This document shows positions 6,693-16,390 of a stretch of DNA of 64,000 nucleotides, one piece after another; the stretch's first letter is position 1, and each line of letters starts with the position of its first letter. The DNA is from an uncultured Methanobrevibacter sp. (GTDB lineage: Archaea; Methanobacteriota; Methanobacteria; Methanobacteriales; Methanobacteriaceae). The notes beneath the pieces are model-generated. The model had not been told where the DNA came from and did not search any database. It saw only the letters and a list, made by a program, of their open reading frames with translations. A program made the position numbers and the translations under genes. The stretch spans positions 1,507-65,506 of the forward strand of contig CAZQWN010000002.1 of the NCBI GenBank assembly GCA_964596915.1, read 5' to 3'.

Positions 6693-9479
6693 TTAGAATG
6701 CAATACTTGCATAATAACCTTTAAGATTATAATTGTAATTGTTCCAATTAACCACATTTCCAAATGAATTTCTGGAACTTGTCGGATCGCCTACAATCCA
6801 AGTATCACCAATCAATACTTGGGTCCAAACGTGTCCATATGTACTTCCACTTAATGTGAAATAGCAAGTACCGTGAACATATCTTGCTGCAAGGCCTGCA
6901 GTTCTATACATGGCAACTAATAAATGAGCTTGGTCAACACAGTTACCTGTTTTTGAATTTAAAGTGCCGACAGCACCATATTTTGTGTCGTAATAGAAAC
7001 TGTAAGATATGTAATCACGCACATAATTGTATATTGCAGTAGCTTTAGCTTTGTCTGTTGTTAATCCTGATGTAATTGAATTAACAATTGATTTAATTTT
7101 ACTATTGCCCACTTGACAATTTGTGGAAGACTTTAAGTATGCCGCTAAGTTTGTTATTGTGTTCTTAGTGTTTAAAGAACTTGAACTGCTTGATTCATAA
7201 GTTTTGATTGATACATAGTTTGGCATGATTGAATTATCATCATAAAATGCCACTATACGCGCTGTAGCATAGACTAAACCATTGTATCCTATTGTTCCAA
7301 CTTTTGAACTCACAGAATTCGGCATAGTTCCTTTTGATTTACAGGTATTTACAATACTTTTTGCAACTGCAAGGTAATCATATAAATTACCTAAGTTAGA
7401 TGCAGATTGTGGATTAGCGGGACTATTAACTTGTTGAACTTCAATATCTTTCTTATTATTGTTTTTTAAGTTAATAATTGCTTGTGATGCTAAATATACG
7501 TATTCTGCTGTTGAGTAAGTTACAGATCCAATTTGAACAGTTTTCGGCAATCCCTCATTGCTTTCAATGTATTTTTTAACGTATTGGGATGCTGCAATAA
7601 TTTCTTTGAGTGTTACTTTATCGACAACAGTTATTTTTGAAGAACCTGATGTTTTTCCATCAGTGTATGTTACTGTATATTCACCTTTAGTTAATCCGGA
7701 TAGTGTAAGTTTTGCAATACCATTTGCGTTTGTTTGTACAGATTCTTCTTTGCCATTTAATGTAAATTTAATGGTAGTAGCTATAGGATTTTCTTGACCA
7801 TCAAGTACTTGTACTTGGAATGTGGATGATGTACTTGATGGTACGGCCACATCGCTTGCGATAAATTTGGTACCATTAACTAGGACATGTTTTGTTACTT
7901 TTGAAGAAGTGTAGTAAGTTGTATCAACTTTAACATCAATAGGATAATATCCAATTTGTTCATTTACTGCCAGTTTAGCAACTCCGTTTTCATCAGTTTT
8001 TACTTTAGAAGATTTTTCGTTTAAAGTAAATTGAACTTCTATGCCATTAAGATTGGATCCTGTCTTGTTTTTCACCGTTACTTGGTAAACTGATCCATCG
8101 TTATGTTCCATCACTAAATCGTTTGCAGTAATATTCACTTTTTGTTTTGAAATCACAAGGCTACCTGTTCCTTTATTGTAATCCTTCAAGCCTGCTGTTG
8201 AATATGTGTATTTAACAGTGTATGTATTAGGCTTTAAATCACCTATTGCAAGTTTTGCTACACCCTTGCTGTCAGTAGTAACAGAGGTTGTTTTACTATT
8301 TAATGTAAATTTAATAGTTTTATTTGCTAAAGCTTTTCCGGCGGAGTTAGTGGCGGTTACGGAAAATGAAGAACCGTCATTATACTGCATTTTTAATGTA
8401 CTTGCCTTTAAGGTTGTAGTTGACTCTTTAACGTACAATTTTTTAGATCCTGAAACTGCATTGTATTTGCTGTTTCCATTGTATTTATAAGTAATAGTGT
8501 AAGTACCCTTCGAAAGTGAGGAGATAGTTATTTTAGCTTCTCCGTTCGCATTGGTCGAAGCAGTTACTTGTTTTTTATTATATGTAAATTGAATCTTGGC
8601 ATTTTTCAAAGGTTCATTTTTGCTGTTTTTCAATACAACTGTGTATGTACTTTTGGTATTGGGAAGTACATATTTGTTTGATGCAGTAATTTTACTGCTA
8701 GCTTTTTTAATGGTAATTGTTTTTGTAACTGTTTCTTTTGAGTAGGGATTATATAACTTTATACTATATGTTCCCGGCAAAAGAGTTGAAATGGATATTT
8801 GAGCATATCCTTTTGAATCAGTTTTAATGGTGTAAGTCTTACCATTAAGTGTGATTTTAACATTACTTTCTTGTAAATTACCATTATCCCTTAAAAACTT
8901 CGCTGAATAGTTTTTATCAGCACCATATCTTGTGACCATATCTGATGCTGAAATTGAAGAAATAACTTTAATCTTTTTGGAAACTGAACTTTTTATGTAT
9001 TGTGAATCTCCATTATATGTGGCAGTTATAGTGTAAGTTCCTTTGCTAAAAGCAGAGGCGGTAAAGTGAGCAATACCCTGTTCGGAAGTGGTTGCTTTGT
9101 ATGTTTTACCGTTTATTTTGTAAGAAACGCTTTGATTTGCTAAAATGTTTCCATCAGTATCTTTCAATACAATTTTAAACACTGTTGCTGTTTTTGAGTA
9201 ACGTGCATTGTAGGTTTCTATTTTAGTGTTTACCTTAGTAGTGTTATTTGAAACATCATTTCCTGAAGATTCGCTAGTGTTGGTACTATCGCTCTGTAAA
9301 GAGGTAGTTTCCAAATCTGATTTTAAAGTAGGTTCTAAATTTGATGCTTCTGAATTATCTAAAGATAATTTTCCATCATCAACTATTAAATCTGAAGTTA
9401 CTGTACTTGTAACATTACTTAATTCAGTTGCGCTAACAGTTCCCAGTAATATGAAGAACATAAAAACAACTGAAATCAA
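6693..9479 (-). CDS. Adhesin-like surface protein: signal peptide, about 9 Ig-like (Big) repeats, pseudomurein-binding repeats and a C-terminal transglutaminase-like cysteine protease domain
   Basis: Repeated modules of the form KxTLNGKTYTxKTDSKGxAxxxxSxLxxGTYT. PMBR-like segments include TVQIGSVTYSTAEYVYLASQAI and VGTIGYNGLVYATARIVAFY. The Cys-His-Asp triad context is GNCVDQAHLL, YGHVWTQVL and VGDPT. Confidence 0.8.
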   Translation of the reverse strand: MISVVFMFFILLGTVSATELSNVTSTVTSDLIVDDGKLSLDNSEASNLEPTLKSDLETTSLQSDSTNTSESSGNDVSNNTTKVNTKIETYNARYSKTATVFKIVLKDTDGNILANQSVSYKINGKTYKATTSEQGIAHFTASAFSKGTYTITATYNGDSQYIKSSVSKKIKVISSISASDMVTRYGADKNYSAKFLRDNGNLQESNVKITLNGKTYTIKTDSKGYAQISISTLLPGTYSIKLYNPYSKETVTKTITIKKASSKITASNKYVLPNTKSTYTVVLKNSKNEPLKNAKIQFTYNKKQVTASTNANGEAKITISSLSKGTYTITYKYNGNSKYNAVSGSKKLYVKESTTTLKASTLKMQYNDGSSFSVTATNSAGKALANKTIKFTLNSKTTSVTTDSKGVAKLAIGDLKPNTYTVKYTYSTAGLKDYNKGTGSLVISKQKVNITANDLVMEHNDGSVYQVTVKNKTGSNLNGIEVQFTLNEKSSKVKTDENGVAKLAVNEQIGYYPIDVKVDTTYYTSSKVTKHVLVNGTKFIASDVAVPSSTSSTFQVQVLDGQENPIATTIKFTLNGKEESVQTNANGIAKLTLSGLTKGEYTVTYTDGKTSGSSKITVVDKVTLKEIIAASQYVKKYIESNEGLPKTVQIGSVTYSTAEYVYLASQAIINLKNNNKKDIEVQQVNSPANPQSASNLGNLYDYLAVAKSIVNTCKSKGTMPNSVSSKVGTIGYNGLVYATARIVAFYDDNSIMPNYVSIKTYESSSSSSLNTKNTITNLAAYLKSSTNCQVGNSKIKSIVNSITSGLTTDKAKATAIYNYVRDYISYSFYYDTKYGAVGTLNSKTGNCVDQAHLLVAMYRTAGLAARYVHGTCYFTLSGSTYGHVWTQVLIGDTWIVGDPTSSRNSFGNVVNWNNYNYNLKGYYASIAF

Positions 9480-9686
9480 TAATGTTGTTTTTTTATTCGA
9501 AATATTTACACCTTCTTGGTTCTCATTATGATATTTTTTTGAGAAATATACAAAAATTTATAATATTTCATAATGAGTGGATAAATGTTTGTTTATTTTT
9601 TTATATAAATGTTAGTATAACTTCAATGCTTAAAATAATACATAAAACAGAGTATTTGGTGATATTGTATAAGTCAAAATTCATTG

Positions 9687-10102
9687 TCTTTTACATAATG
9701 TTTTTACTATTTTGTAAAAATGATTCTTGGGCTGTTAATACTGGTGTGTTAAGATTTTACCAAGCTAACTCCCGTTGACTTACGGTTTGTGATTTACTTA
9801 CAAATAAATCATTTTCATGTTATTTTGCGTCATTGTAGTATGTTTTTTTTCTGCGTTTATGTCTCTGTCTTATGTTGTGTGGCATTTTGCAGGTCCATTG
9901 GTGTATGTTCAGTGTTAGTTTAATGTTTTTTGTATCTGCAGACATTGCATAGTTTGCTTGACGGATTAAATCTGTCTATTTGTATGAATTTTTTACTATA
10001 TCCTTCCGATTTGTATTTTATTGTTTTTTTCAACATGTCTTTGTAATATTTTTTTAGTGTCTTTTTATAGTTTTTACTCAGGTATTTTTTCCTTGACATC
10101 AT
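9687..10102 (-). mobile_element. tnpB: Decayed IS200/IS605-family element: TnpB C-terminal remnant plus 3' end
   Basis: ORF 9920-10102 ends ..YKSEGYSKKFIQIDRFNPSSKLCNVC, matching the TnpB (vdr.fpSSk.C..CG) motif. Downstream frames give ..W-T-C-K.. and DRDINA with stops. A terminal hairpin CCGT-AAGTCAA-CGGG follows, then the 50-nt shared end. Confidence 0.6.
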
Positions 10103-10395
10103 TTTTGATATTAATTATGGAAAAATACGAACATTTAAACCAAAAAATGCCTTCAATTAAAATCTGTATATCAAAACAACAAAAAACATTTTTTTTATAG
10201 TAAATAATCAGCAATATATAAAACCGGTGAAATCATTTGAAAAGTAATGCCAAAAATATAAAGGTACAAACATCAAGTAAGATAATATAATATATTTTCT
10301 TCATTATCATCTTTGAGTTGTTTTCTTGGTGAATATTTTTGATACTGCATTTTCAAAGTCATATCATTAAAAAGATAGTTTCACACAACGGAGGT

Positions 10396-11247
10396 TCAAT
10401 CTAAGTATACTCCCATGCCAATTGCGTTTACCTGATAATGGTCTCCTCCTAGCCCGATTAAACCGTATTGGATATCCAAATCAACAACACAGTTGCCTCC
10501 GGCAGCTTTAATGCATTGAGTTAATTTAATTAAACAGTCATCTTTTGCTTGCTTTAATTGATTTAATGTTATTATTTCAGTTTTATTTTGATTTGAATGT
10601 ACTAATCGTTTATCTTTTTCAATGATTACTGTTGCGTGGAATTGTCCTAAATTAGTGTGGTTTCTATCTAAAATGTCTGTGCTTGTAATGAAATAAAAGT
10701 CAAGATTGTTTATTCTTATGTTGCTTGCTTCCTCGTCAAATTTTGTAACTGTCTCGATTTCTATTTCATATGGTTTTTTTAAGATATGTTTATAGTAAAT
10801 ATATTCTAAGTTACTATTAAAGTAACTAGTAACTCTTTTAAATATTCCTAAAAGGTAAGATAAGGTTCCCAATCCTCCGACCAGTAATATGTAGTTTATT
10901 AATGTAGGAAATGCTGCTTGTAAAATAATCGCTATCGATCCTATGGTTATGATGTTAACTCCCAATGTGGGATTCTTTAAAATAAAGCTATAAAAAGTAG
11001 TGTCTATGAAAAGGATAAAAGCACTGATTGCACCTATGTCCTCTCCGATTATTCTGTTTGCTAATATTGTTTCAGCATATCCTGCGGCAAGTGGTGCAAA
11101 TATCAGGCCTAAGTTCCAACCAAAAATATCAATATGGAAATATAGGAAAAATCCGTATACTCCCAGGCCCACTGCGGTTCCAAAAGCAATGCATAAAATA
11201 GCTTCTCTTATGTAAGTTATTTTTACTTCTCGTTCTCTAAAATTCAT
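10396..11247 (-). CDS. Membrane protein with a C-terminal YbjQ/UPF0145-like domain
   Basis: About 5 TM helices are followed by a soluble domain ending GGNCVVDLDIQYGLIGLGGDHYQVNAIGMGV. That ending parallels the adjacent YbjQ-type protein. Confidence 0.5.
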   Translation of the reverse strand: MNFREREVKITYIREAILCIAFGTAVGLGVYGFFLYFHIDIFGWNLGLIFAPLAAGYAETILANRIIGEDIGAISAFILFIDTTFYSFILKNPTLGVNIITIGSIAIILQAAFPTLINYILLVGGLGTLSYLLGIFKRVTSYFNSNLEYIYYKHILKKPYEIEIETVTKFDEEASNIRINNLDFYFITSTDILDRNHTNLGQFHATVIIEKDKRLVHSNQNKTEIITLNQLKQAKDDCLIKLTQCIKAAGGNCVVDLDIQYGLIGLGGDHYQVNAIGMGVYLD

Positions 11248-11250
11248 TGT

Positions 11251-11574
11251 TTATTCACTTTTAACGGCAGTTCCATAAGCAGTTACAAGAATTGTATTTC
11301 CCATGGTGCCGCCAAGATTGTCGTAAGAAATTTTAAGTCCGATTATTGCATTGGCGCCCAGAACTTCGGCTTTTTCTTCCATACTTTCTAGTGCAATTTC
11401 TCTTGCCTTTTGAATTTCTTCCTCATATTTGGTTGTTCTTCCACCTACAACATCGCGAACTCCAGAAAATAAGTCTTTATAGATGTTGGATCCGATTAAG
11501 GATTCACCGGTTACCAAACCTTTATATTCTATTATTTTTTTATTTTCCAGGGTATTTGCGGAAGTCAGTATCAT
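11251..11574 (-). CDS. YbjQ family (UPF0145) protein
   Basis: The 107-aa protein carries [68 protein letters not shown], the classic UPF0145 pattern. Confidence 0.8.
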   Translation of the reverse strand: MILTSANTLENKKIIEYKGLVTGESLIGSNIYKDLFSGVRDVVGGRTTKYEEEIQKAREIALESMEEKAEVLGANAIIGLKISYDNLGGTMGNTILVTAYGTAVKSE

Positions 11575-11580
11575 ATTATC

Positions 11581-11772
11581 TTACTTCATAAAAGTCAATA
11601 TTGCCCAAATAATTAAAAAGATTGCAATTACAACATATAATATTATTTGTGATCGTTTTCTTTGGTTTAATCTAGCGTCCCAAACTTTTTGACAATCTGG
11701 TGAGCATACAAGTTCATTTAATGGAATTGGGGTTCCACATATTGGACAATGTTTATGAGGTTCTACTGCCAT
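11581..11772 (-). CDS. Small zinc-ribbon protein with a C-terminal TM helix (DUF2116-like)
   Basis: Cys pairs HCPICGTPIP..VCSPDC are followed by a hydrophobic tail. Confidence 0.55.
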   Translation of the reverse strand: MAVEPHKHCPICGTPIPLNELVCSPDCQKVWDARLNQRKRSQIILYVVIAIFLIIWAILTFMK

Positions 11773-11784
11773 TTTTTCATCTCC

Positions 11785-12573
11785 TTATATTTTAAAAAAT
11801 TCTTTAGTATTTTTAGTAACTTGAACTGCAAGTTCTTCACTATCAAGTCCCATGCATAATGCAATTGTTTCGAGGATGTGCGGTAAATATTTTGGTTCGT
11901 TTCTATTTTTTTTAGGCTTTTTATCAAAGTTTTTTGGTATTAAAAAAGGCGCATCTGTTTCAATCATTAATTTTTCAGGAGGAATCACACTTACAGCTTC
12001 TTGTAAGTCTCTTCCTCTTTTCATGTCACAAATCCATCCGGTTACGCCAATATAACATCCTAAATCAACATAATTTTGGGCTTCTTGTTTTGTTCCAGTA
12101 AAACAGTGAACTACTGATTTTTCAATAACACTATCATGTCTTTCCAGAATGGTGAATAAATCTTCATGCGCTTCTCGTTCATGTAAAAATAACGGTAATT
12201 CGGTTCTTTCTGCAACTTCAATTTGTGCTTCAAACCATTTTCTTTGCAAATCTTGTGGGGAAAAATTTCTATTATAATCAAGTCCGCATTCACCAATAGC
12301 CACTACACAATCGCTTTTGGCTATTTTTTCCAATTCAAACATGCTGTGTCCGTTGCATGTTTTTGCATCATGGGGATGAACTCCGGATGTTGAAAATAAT
12401 GTTCCTGGATATTTTGATGCATATTCTGCTGCTAGCTGGCTTGAATTCACATTGGTTCCTGTGATAATAAACTGTGTAACGCCGGCTTTTTTGGCCTCTT
12501 CAATAATTTCAACTCTGTCTTTTTTAAAAGACGAATGCATCAGGTTCAATCCAATATCAATTAGGTTATCCAC
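11785..12573 (-). CDS. tatD: TatD family metal-dependent hydrolase/DNase
   Basis: IDIGLNLMH, GVHPHD, AIGECGLDY, LFLHEREA, VHCFTG and ETDAPF are the canonical TatD motifs. Confidence 0.85.
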   Translation of the reverse strand: MDNLIDIGLNLMHSSFKKDRVEIIEEAKKAGVTQFIITGTNVNSSQLAAEYASKYPGTLFSTSGVHPHDAKTCNGHSMFELEKIAKSDCVVAIGECGLDYNRNFSPQDLQRKWFEAQIEVAERTELPLFLHEREAHEDLFTILERHDSVIEKSVVHCFTGTKQEAQNYVDLGCYIGVTGWICDMKRGRDLQEAVSVIPPEKLMIETDAPFLIPKNFDKKPKKNRNEPKYLPHILETIALCMGLDSEELAVQVTKNTKEFFKI

Positions 12574-12581
12574 TTTTTCAC

Positions 12582-13259
12582 CTATTCGCTTATTACTCTT
12601 GTTCCTATATTTTCGCCATTAACAGCCTTAATTAGATTTTCAGGCTCAAATCCGTTGGTTATAACAGTTTCCAAATTGGACCTTTTAATCATTTGCACTG
12701 CAGTGGTGTCAAAGAATTCATAGGTTCCTGCCTTAACGTCTTTTCCACTTAAAAATTCAAGCAAATCAGTGGCAGTGATTTCAGGAACAAGCTCTGCGTC
12801 ATCAAATTTATTAGGGTCTTTGGTATACATTCCATCTACTGAAGTTAAGTTAATAAGCTTATCTGCATTAATGTATTCAGCCAATATTGCAGAAACTGCA
12901 TCTGTACTGTGTGCAGGTTCAGTTCCGCCCATAACAATTATTTTTTCACTGGCTGAAAATTCTAAAGCTTCCTGGAAGTTATGAGGGACTTTTTGGTATG
13001 CTGCATCACCAAGTGCAGATAACATTAATTTTGCGTTTATTCTTGTAATTTCAATTCCAATATCGTCGCATTGTGCTTCACCAGCACCTAAATCACGAAC
13101 TACACTAATATATTCTCTTGCAGGTTTTCCACCGCCAACAACGATAAATAAATCATGTTCTTTAGATAAATCTTTCAAAATAGAACTGTATTCCTGGAAT
13201 TTCTTACAATCATATTCTTTAAGTAAAATTGATCCTCCAATTGCAACAACAATTTTCAT
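12582..13259 (-). CDS. pyrH: UMP kinase, archaeal type
   Basis: The 225-aa protein starts [10 protein letters not shown] and carries VVGGG..AR and [12 protein letters not shown], which are amino-acid-kinase fold motifs. Confidence 0.8.
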   Translation of the reverse strand: MKIVVAIGGSILLKEYDCKKFQEYSSILKDLSKEHDLFIVVGGGKPAREYISVVRDLGAGEAQCDDIGIEITRINAKLMLSALGDAAYQKVPHNFQEALEFSASEKIIVMGGTEPAHSTDAVSAILAEYINADKLINLTSVDGMYTKDPNKFDDAELVPEITATDLLEFLSGKDVKAGTYEFFDTTAVQMIKRSNLETVITNGFEPENLIKAVNGENIGTRVISE

Positions 13260-13346
13260 ATATTCACCTTATATTATGTATCCTTTCGATATTATTTAAA
13301 TTTTAATTATGATGGATTCAAATATATAATTCAAGGTGATTTTTCA

Positions 13347-14039
13347 ATGGATTTAGCAAGTCAGATATATGTTAGAAAATCTTGTCGTAATTATTTTGAT
13401 GATGAAATTGATATGGCTCCAATTCGGGAGTTTATTTCAAATGTCAAACCTTTGGTGAGCTCTGTTAAGTATCATTATAAGATTTTTAAAAAAGATGAAG
13501 TCGATATAAAAACTCGTTGGAGTGCGCCATATTATTTGGCATTGTTTTGTGAAAACAATTCTCTTGCTGGAGAAAATTTGGGATTTGTTTTTCAGCAGGT
13601 ATCACTTTATATGCAAAGTATTGGGATTGGTAGCTGTTGGGTTGGAATGGGTTCATTAAAGCAAAAAGATCCTGAATTTTCAATTTTGATAGCCTTTGGA
13701 AAATCCGATAGGATGACAAGGGACAGGGCAGATTTTAAACGGAAAGCATTGTCTGAAATTAGTGATTTTGAGGATGACAAATTAATCCCCGCACAGCTGG
13801 CGCCTTCTGCCATTAACTCACAGCCATGGTATTTTAAGCACACTGAAGAGGGTTTTGATGTTTACCAGCAAAAACAGAATATATTGAAAAGACAAGTTCT
13901 TAAAAAATGGAATCCTATTGATATGGGTATAGCTTTAGCGCATTTGTATGTTGAAAATAAAGAAACATTCCGGTTTGAAGTTAAAGATGATTTTGATGAA
14001 TTGAATGGTTATACTTATACTGGAAGTATTAAATTTTAA
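13347..14039 (+). CDS. Nitroreductase family protein
   Basis: RKSCRNY near the N-terminus and SAINSQPWYF are typical nitroreductase signatures. Confidence 0.7.
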   Translation: MDLASQIYVRKSCRNYFDDEIDMAPIREFISNVKPLVSSVKYHYKIFKKDEVDIKTRWSAPYYLALFCENNSLAGENLGFVFQQVSLYMQSIGIGSCWVGMGSLKQKDPEFSILIAFGKSDRMTRDRADFKRKALSEISDFEDDKLIPAQLAPSAINSQPWYFKHTEEGFDVYQQKQNILKRQVLKKWNPIDMGIALAHLYVENKETFRFEVKDDFDELNGYTYTGSIKF

Positions 14040-14059
14040 AAAAAGAAAGTTTAGAGGAT

Positions 14060-14743
14060 TTAAGCATCCTCTAATATTAATCCTTTGTGTAATAAACCTG
14101 CAATGACTGCACCAACAATAGGAGCTAAGATAAATACCCAAACTTGTTGCAATGCTTGACCACCGAGGAATAAAGCAGGCGCTAAACTTCTAGCAGGGTT
14201 AACTGAAGTACCTGTTAATGGAATTCCCATAATATGTACAAATGCAAGAGTTAAACCGATGACAATACCTGCGACAGCTCCGTTTTCTGCTTTTTTAGTA
14301 ACGCCGAGAACTGTAAATACAAATACAAAGGTTAATATTATTTCCACGATTATCGCTCCAACAACATCAAGACCAACACTTGATGCGGAACCGAATCCAT
14401 TTGCACCTAATCCGGTAGTGGTGTATCCTCCGAGACTTGGAGCACAGTTAATAATAGCTGCTAAGAGTGCAATACCGATTATAGCTCCAATACACTGGAA
14501 TACAATGTACATGATTAAGTCTTTTGCCTCCATTCTGCCATCAATCCACATGCCGATTGAAACAGCAGGGTTTATGTGACATCCTGAGACGTCTCCAATA
14601 ACATAAGCCATAGCCACGATAGATAAACCGAATGCCATTGCAATTCCAAGATTGCCTAATACTGAACCAGCTATAGCTGCACTTCCACATCCAAATAATA
14701 CAAGAACCATTGTTCCAATTAATTCTGCAATATATCTTTTCAT
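14060..14743 (-). CDS. aqpM: Aquaporin/MIP channel (AqpM-like)
   Basis: Two NPA boxes (HINPAVS and VNPARS) in a six-TM architecture. Confidence 0.9.
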   Translation of the reverse strand: MKRYIAELIGTMVLVLFGCGSAAIAGSVLGNLGIAMAFGLSIVAMAYVIGDVSGCHINPAVSIGMWIDGRMEAKDLIMYIVFQCIGAIIGIALLAAIINCAPSLGGYTTTGLGANGFGSASSVGLDVVGAIIVEIILTFVFVFTVLGVTKKAENGAVAGIVIGLTLAFVHIMGIPLTGTSVNPARSLAPALFLGGQALQQVWVFILAPIVGAVIAGLLHKGLILEDA

Positions 14744-14791
14744 AAATTCACCTCTACTAATTTACGGAATAAATTATATTACTTATTCTTA

Positions 14792-15925
14792 TTAATACTT
14801 TCTAAATCTTTTATATGCTAAATATGCAAGGAATAATATAAATAATATTAAAACAAATGGGAAAATATGTAATAATATTGAATCATTGACCTTATCAAAC
14901 TCATATTCCTGATTAAAGCCCATATGTTTGGCATCAGTATGATTTTGAGTTATTTTTGCAAAGTTGTATAATAAATCATAATAACCGATATGTGCTCCTT
15001 CATATTCAATTGAATCTGGGGCTCGTCCATTTTCATCCATATAGTTTCTGACAATCCCTGCCATTTTAATATAGTCATATATTGAATATTTGTCTTTTAC
15101 TAAAAATGAAATTCCCATAGGGTTTTCGGGACCGTCATATGAATTGGGGATGTCAAGTCCGTTTCCATTTAAATATGAGCTTGTTTGGTAAAGTAATTGT
15201 GCTGCGGTGTAATTTCCGTAGGTTCCGTTCATTTCGGTATCATTACTGTTTATTAATACTTTACTTGCATTTGCCATAACTCCCGGAGATATTTTGTTAG
15301 TCACGAGCAAATTGTCGCTTACTATCTTGGTATCGTTTCCATGGGCGTTGACAATGTCAACTATTTCCTGTGCAATTTTTTTGTTCATTTCTTCATCATA
15401 TCTGTCAAGGTATCCGTCTTTTCCATTGTCGGGGTATTCTTTTAACGGTTGGATATAATATATACCGGAATTCTTAAGGAATGTTCCTGGATCGTGCATT
15501 CCTATAAAACTTTCATTGGAATAGTTGTCGTCCCATGCTCGTCTAAGATAATTACTGTGGTTGTCTAAGTCATAATCTCCGGTATTTACTAGAATTATTT
15601 GTTTATTTGAATCAGCAGTTGATGTTACCAGTTGCAAATAATTTCCGGCGTCGCATGCCGCAAGGCATATGCTTATATCACTTGTTACCTGTATAGCCCG
15701 ATATCCCTCACCTGGAGATGGGGCTTGGTTGTCTACAATTACCTGAAGTTCTCCTCCGCTAATTTCTTCAATGTAACTCTTGATGGAGTTCAACATTTTA
15801 ACATCTTTATCGTGGTCTATAATATTGTCCGCAGTTATAAAAACGGTTTTTGATGCAGTAACATCTTGAACAAATGGGGCAACTATTAATATGGCCAACA
15901 GTAGTATTGCAATTTGTTTTTTCAT
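14792..15925 (-). CDS. Exported protein of unknown function with a C-terminal membrane anchor and a pseudomurein-binding-like repeat
   Basis: N-terminal signal MKKQIAILLLAILIVAP. PMBR-like segment YDYIKMAGIVRNYMDENGRAPDSIEYEGAHIGYYDLLYNFAKI. C-terminal TM helix plus KRFRKY. Confidence 0.55.
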   Translation of the reverse strand: MKKQIAILLLAILIVAPFVQDVTASKTVFITADNIIDHDKDVKMLNSIKSYIEEISGGELQVIVDNQAPSPGEGYRAIQVTSDISICLAACDAGNYLQLVTSTADSNKQIILVNTGDYDLDNHSNYLRRAWDDNYSNESFIGMHDPGTFLKNSGIYYIQPLKEYPDNGKDGYLDRYDEEMNKKIAQEIVDIVNAHGNDTKIVSDNLLVTNKISPGVMANASKVLINSNDTEMNGTYGNYTAAQLLYQTSSYLNGNGLDIPNSYDGPENPMGISFLVKDKYSIYDYIKMAGIVRNYMDENGRAPDSIEYEGAHIGYYDLLYNFAKITQNHTDAKHMGFNQEYEFDKVNDSILLHIFPFVLILFILFLAYLAYKRFRKY

Positions 15926-16390
15926 ATCTTTTTTCCTTAACTTTTAATTAATATATAATTATTTCTTTTCATAACTAAAATATTTTTTTAATTTTTCACT
16001 GCAATAATTCCGTTTGAACATTATATTTTTTCATTTTAAAGATTTAAATTTAGTTTAAAGCATAAATTTAAATAGTTTAAACTCTAAAAGCTTTTTTGAG
16101 GATTTAGAAAGATTATCTTTTATTTTAACTACAATTTAATTGAGTTTTATAAAAATTTAATTCAGTGTAGTGAATTGGAATAATTGCATAATTTTTGTCA
16201 AAATATTTGTTTAAAATATTCTTGTGTTGGATAGCTATTAAATGTTAATCTATTAAATTGTCGTTTATTGCTAAATTTATTATTGGAATTGGAATTTTAT
16301 TAAATTTAAGCTAAAATAAAAAGTTTAATTGCTGATTAATAGTTTTTTGCTAATTAATAGTTAATAATCGTCCTCAAAAAGGTGATTTAA

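Noticed and set aside
9482-9778. 98-aa ORF in the spacer after the transglutaminase adhesin.
   Set aside because: The translation is AT-rich and Phe/Ile/Tyr/Lys-dominated, and it overlaps the TnpB-remnant 3' end on the other strand. There is no RBS. The ORFs at 50862-51110 and 47591-47899 are similar AT-rich spacer ORFs.
11785-12573. The two TatD-family genes (11785-12573 and 28484-29242) as parts of a Qat-like or other defence system.
   Set aside because: Both sit among housekeeping genes (pyrH; a regulator and glyS). No associated ATPase or QueC-type partners are present. I treat them as ordinary hydrolases.
14051-14073. The AGAGGAT-ttaagc-ATCCTCT hairpin between the convergent nitroreductase and aqpM genes as a bidirectional terminator.
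   Set aside because: The 3' arm and loop are aqpM coding sequence and its stop codon, and no flanking T-tracts are present on either strand. The evidence is too weak to list as a feature.
16332-16365. Direct repeat ATTAATAGTT x2 just upstream of the giant adhesin start, as a regulatory or phase-variation site.
   Set aside because: It is short, very AT-rich and has only two copies, so it is expected by chance in this composition. No recombinase or inverted repeats accompany it.
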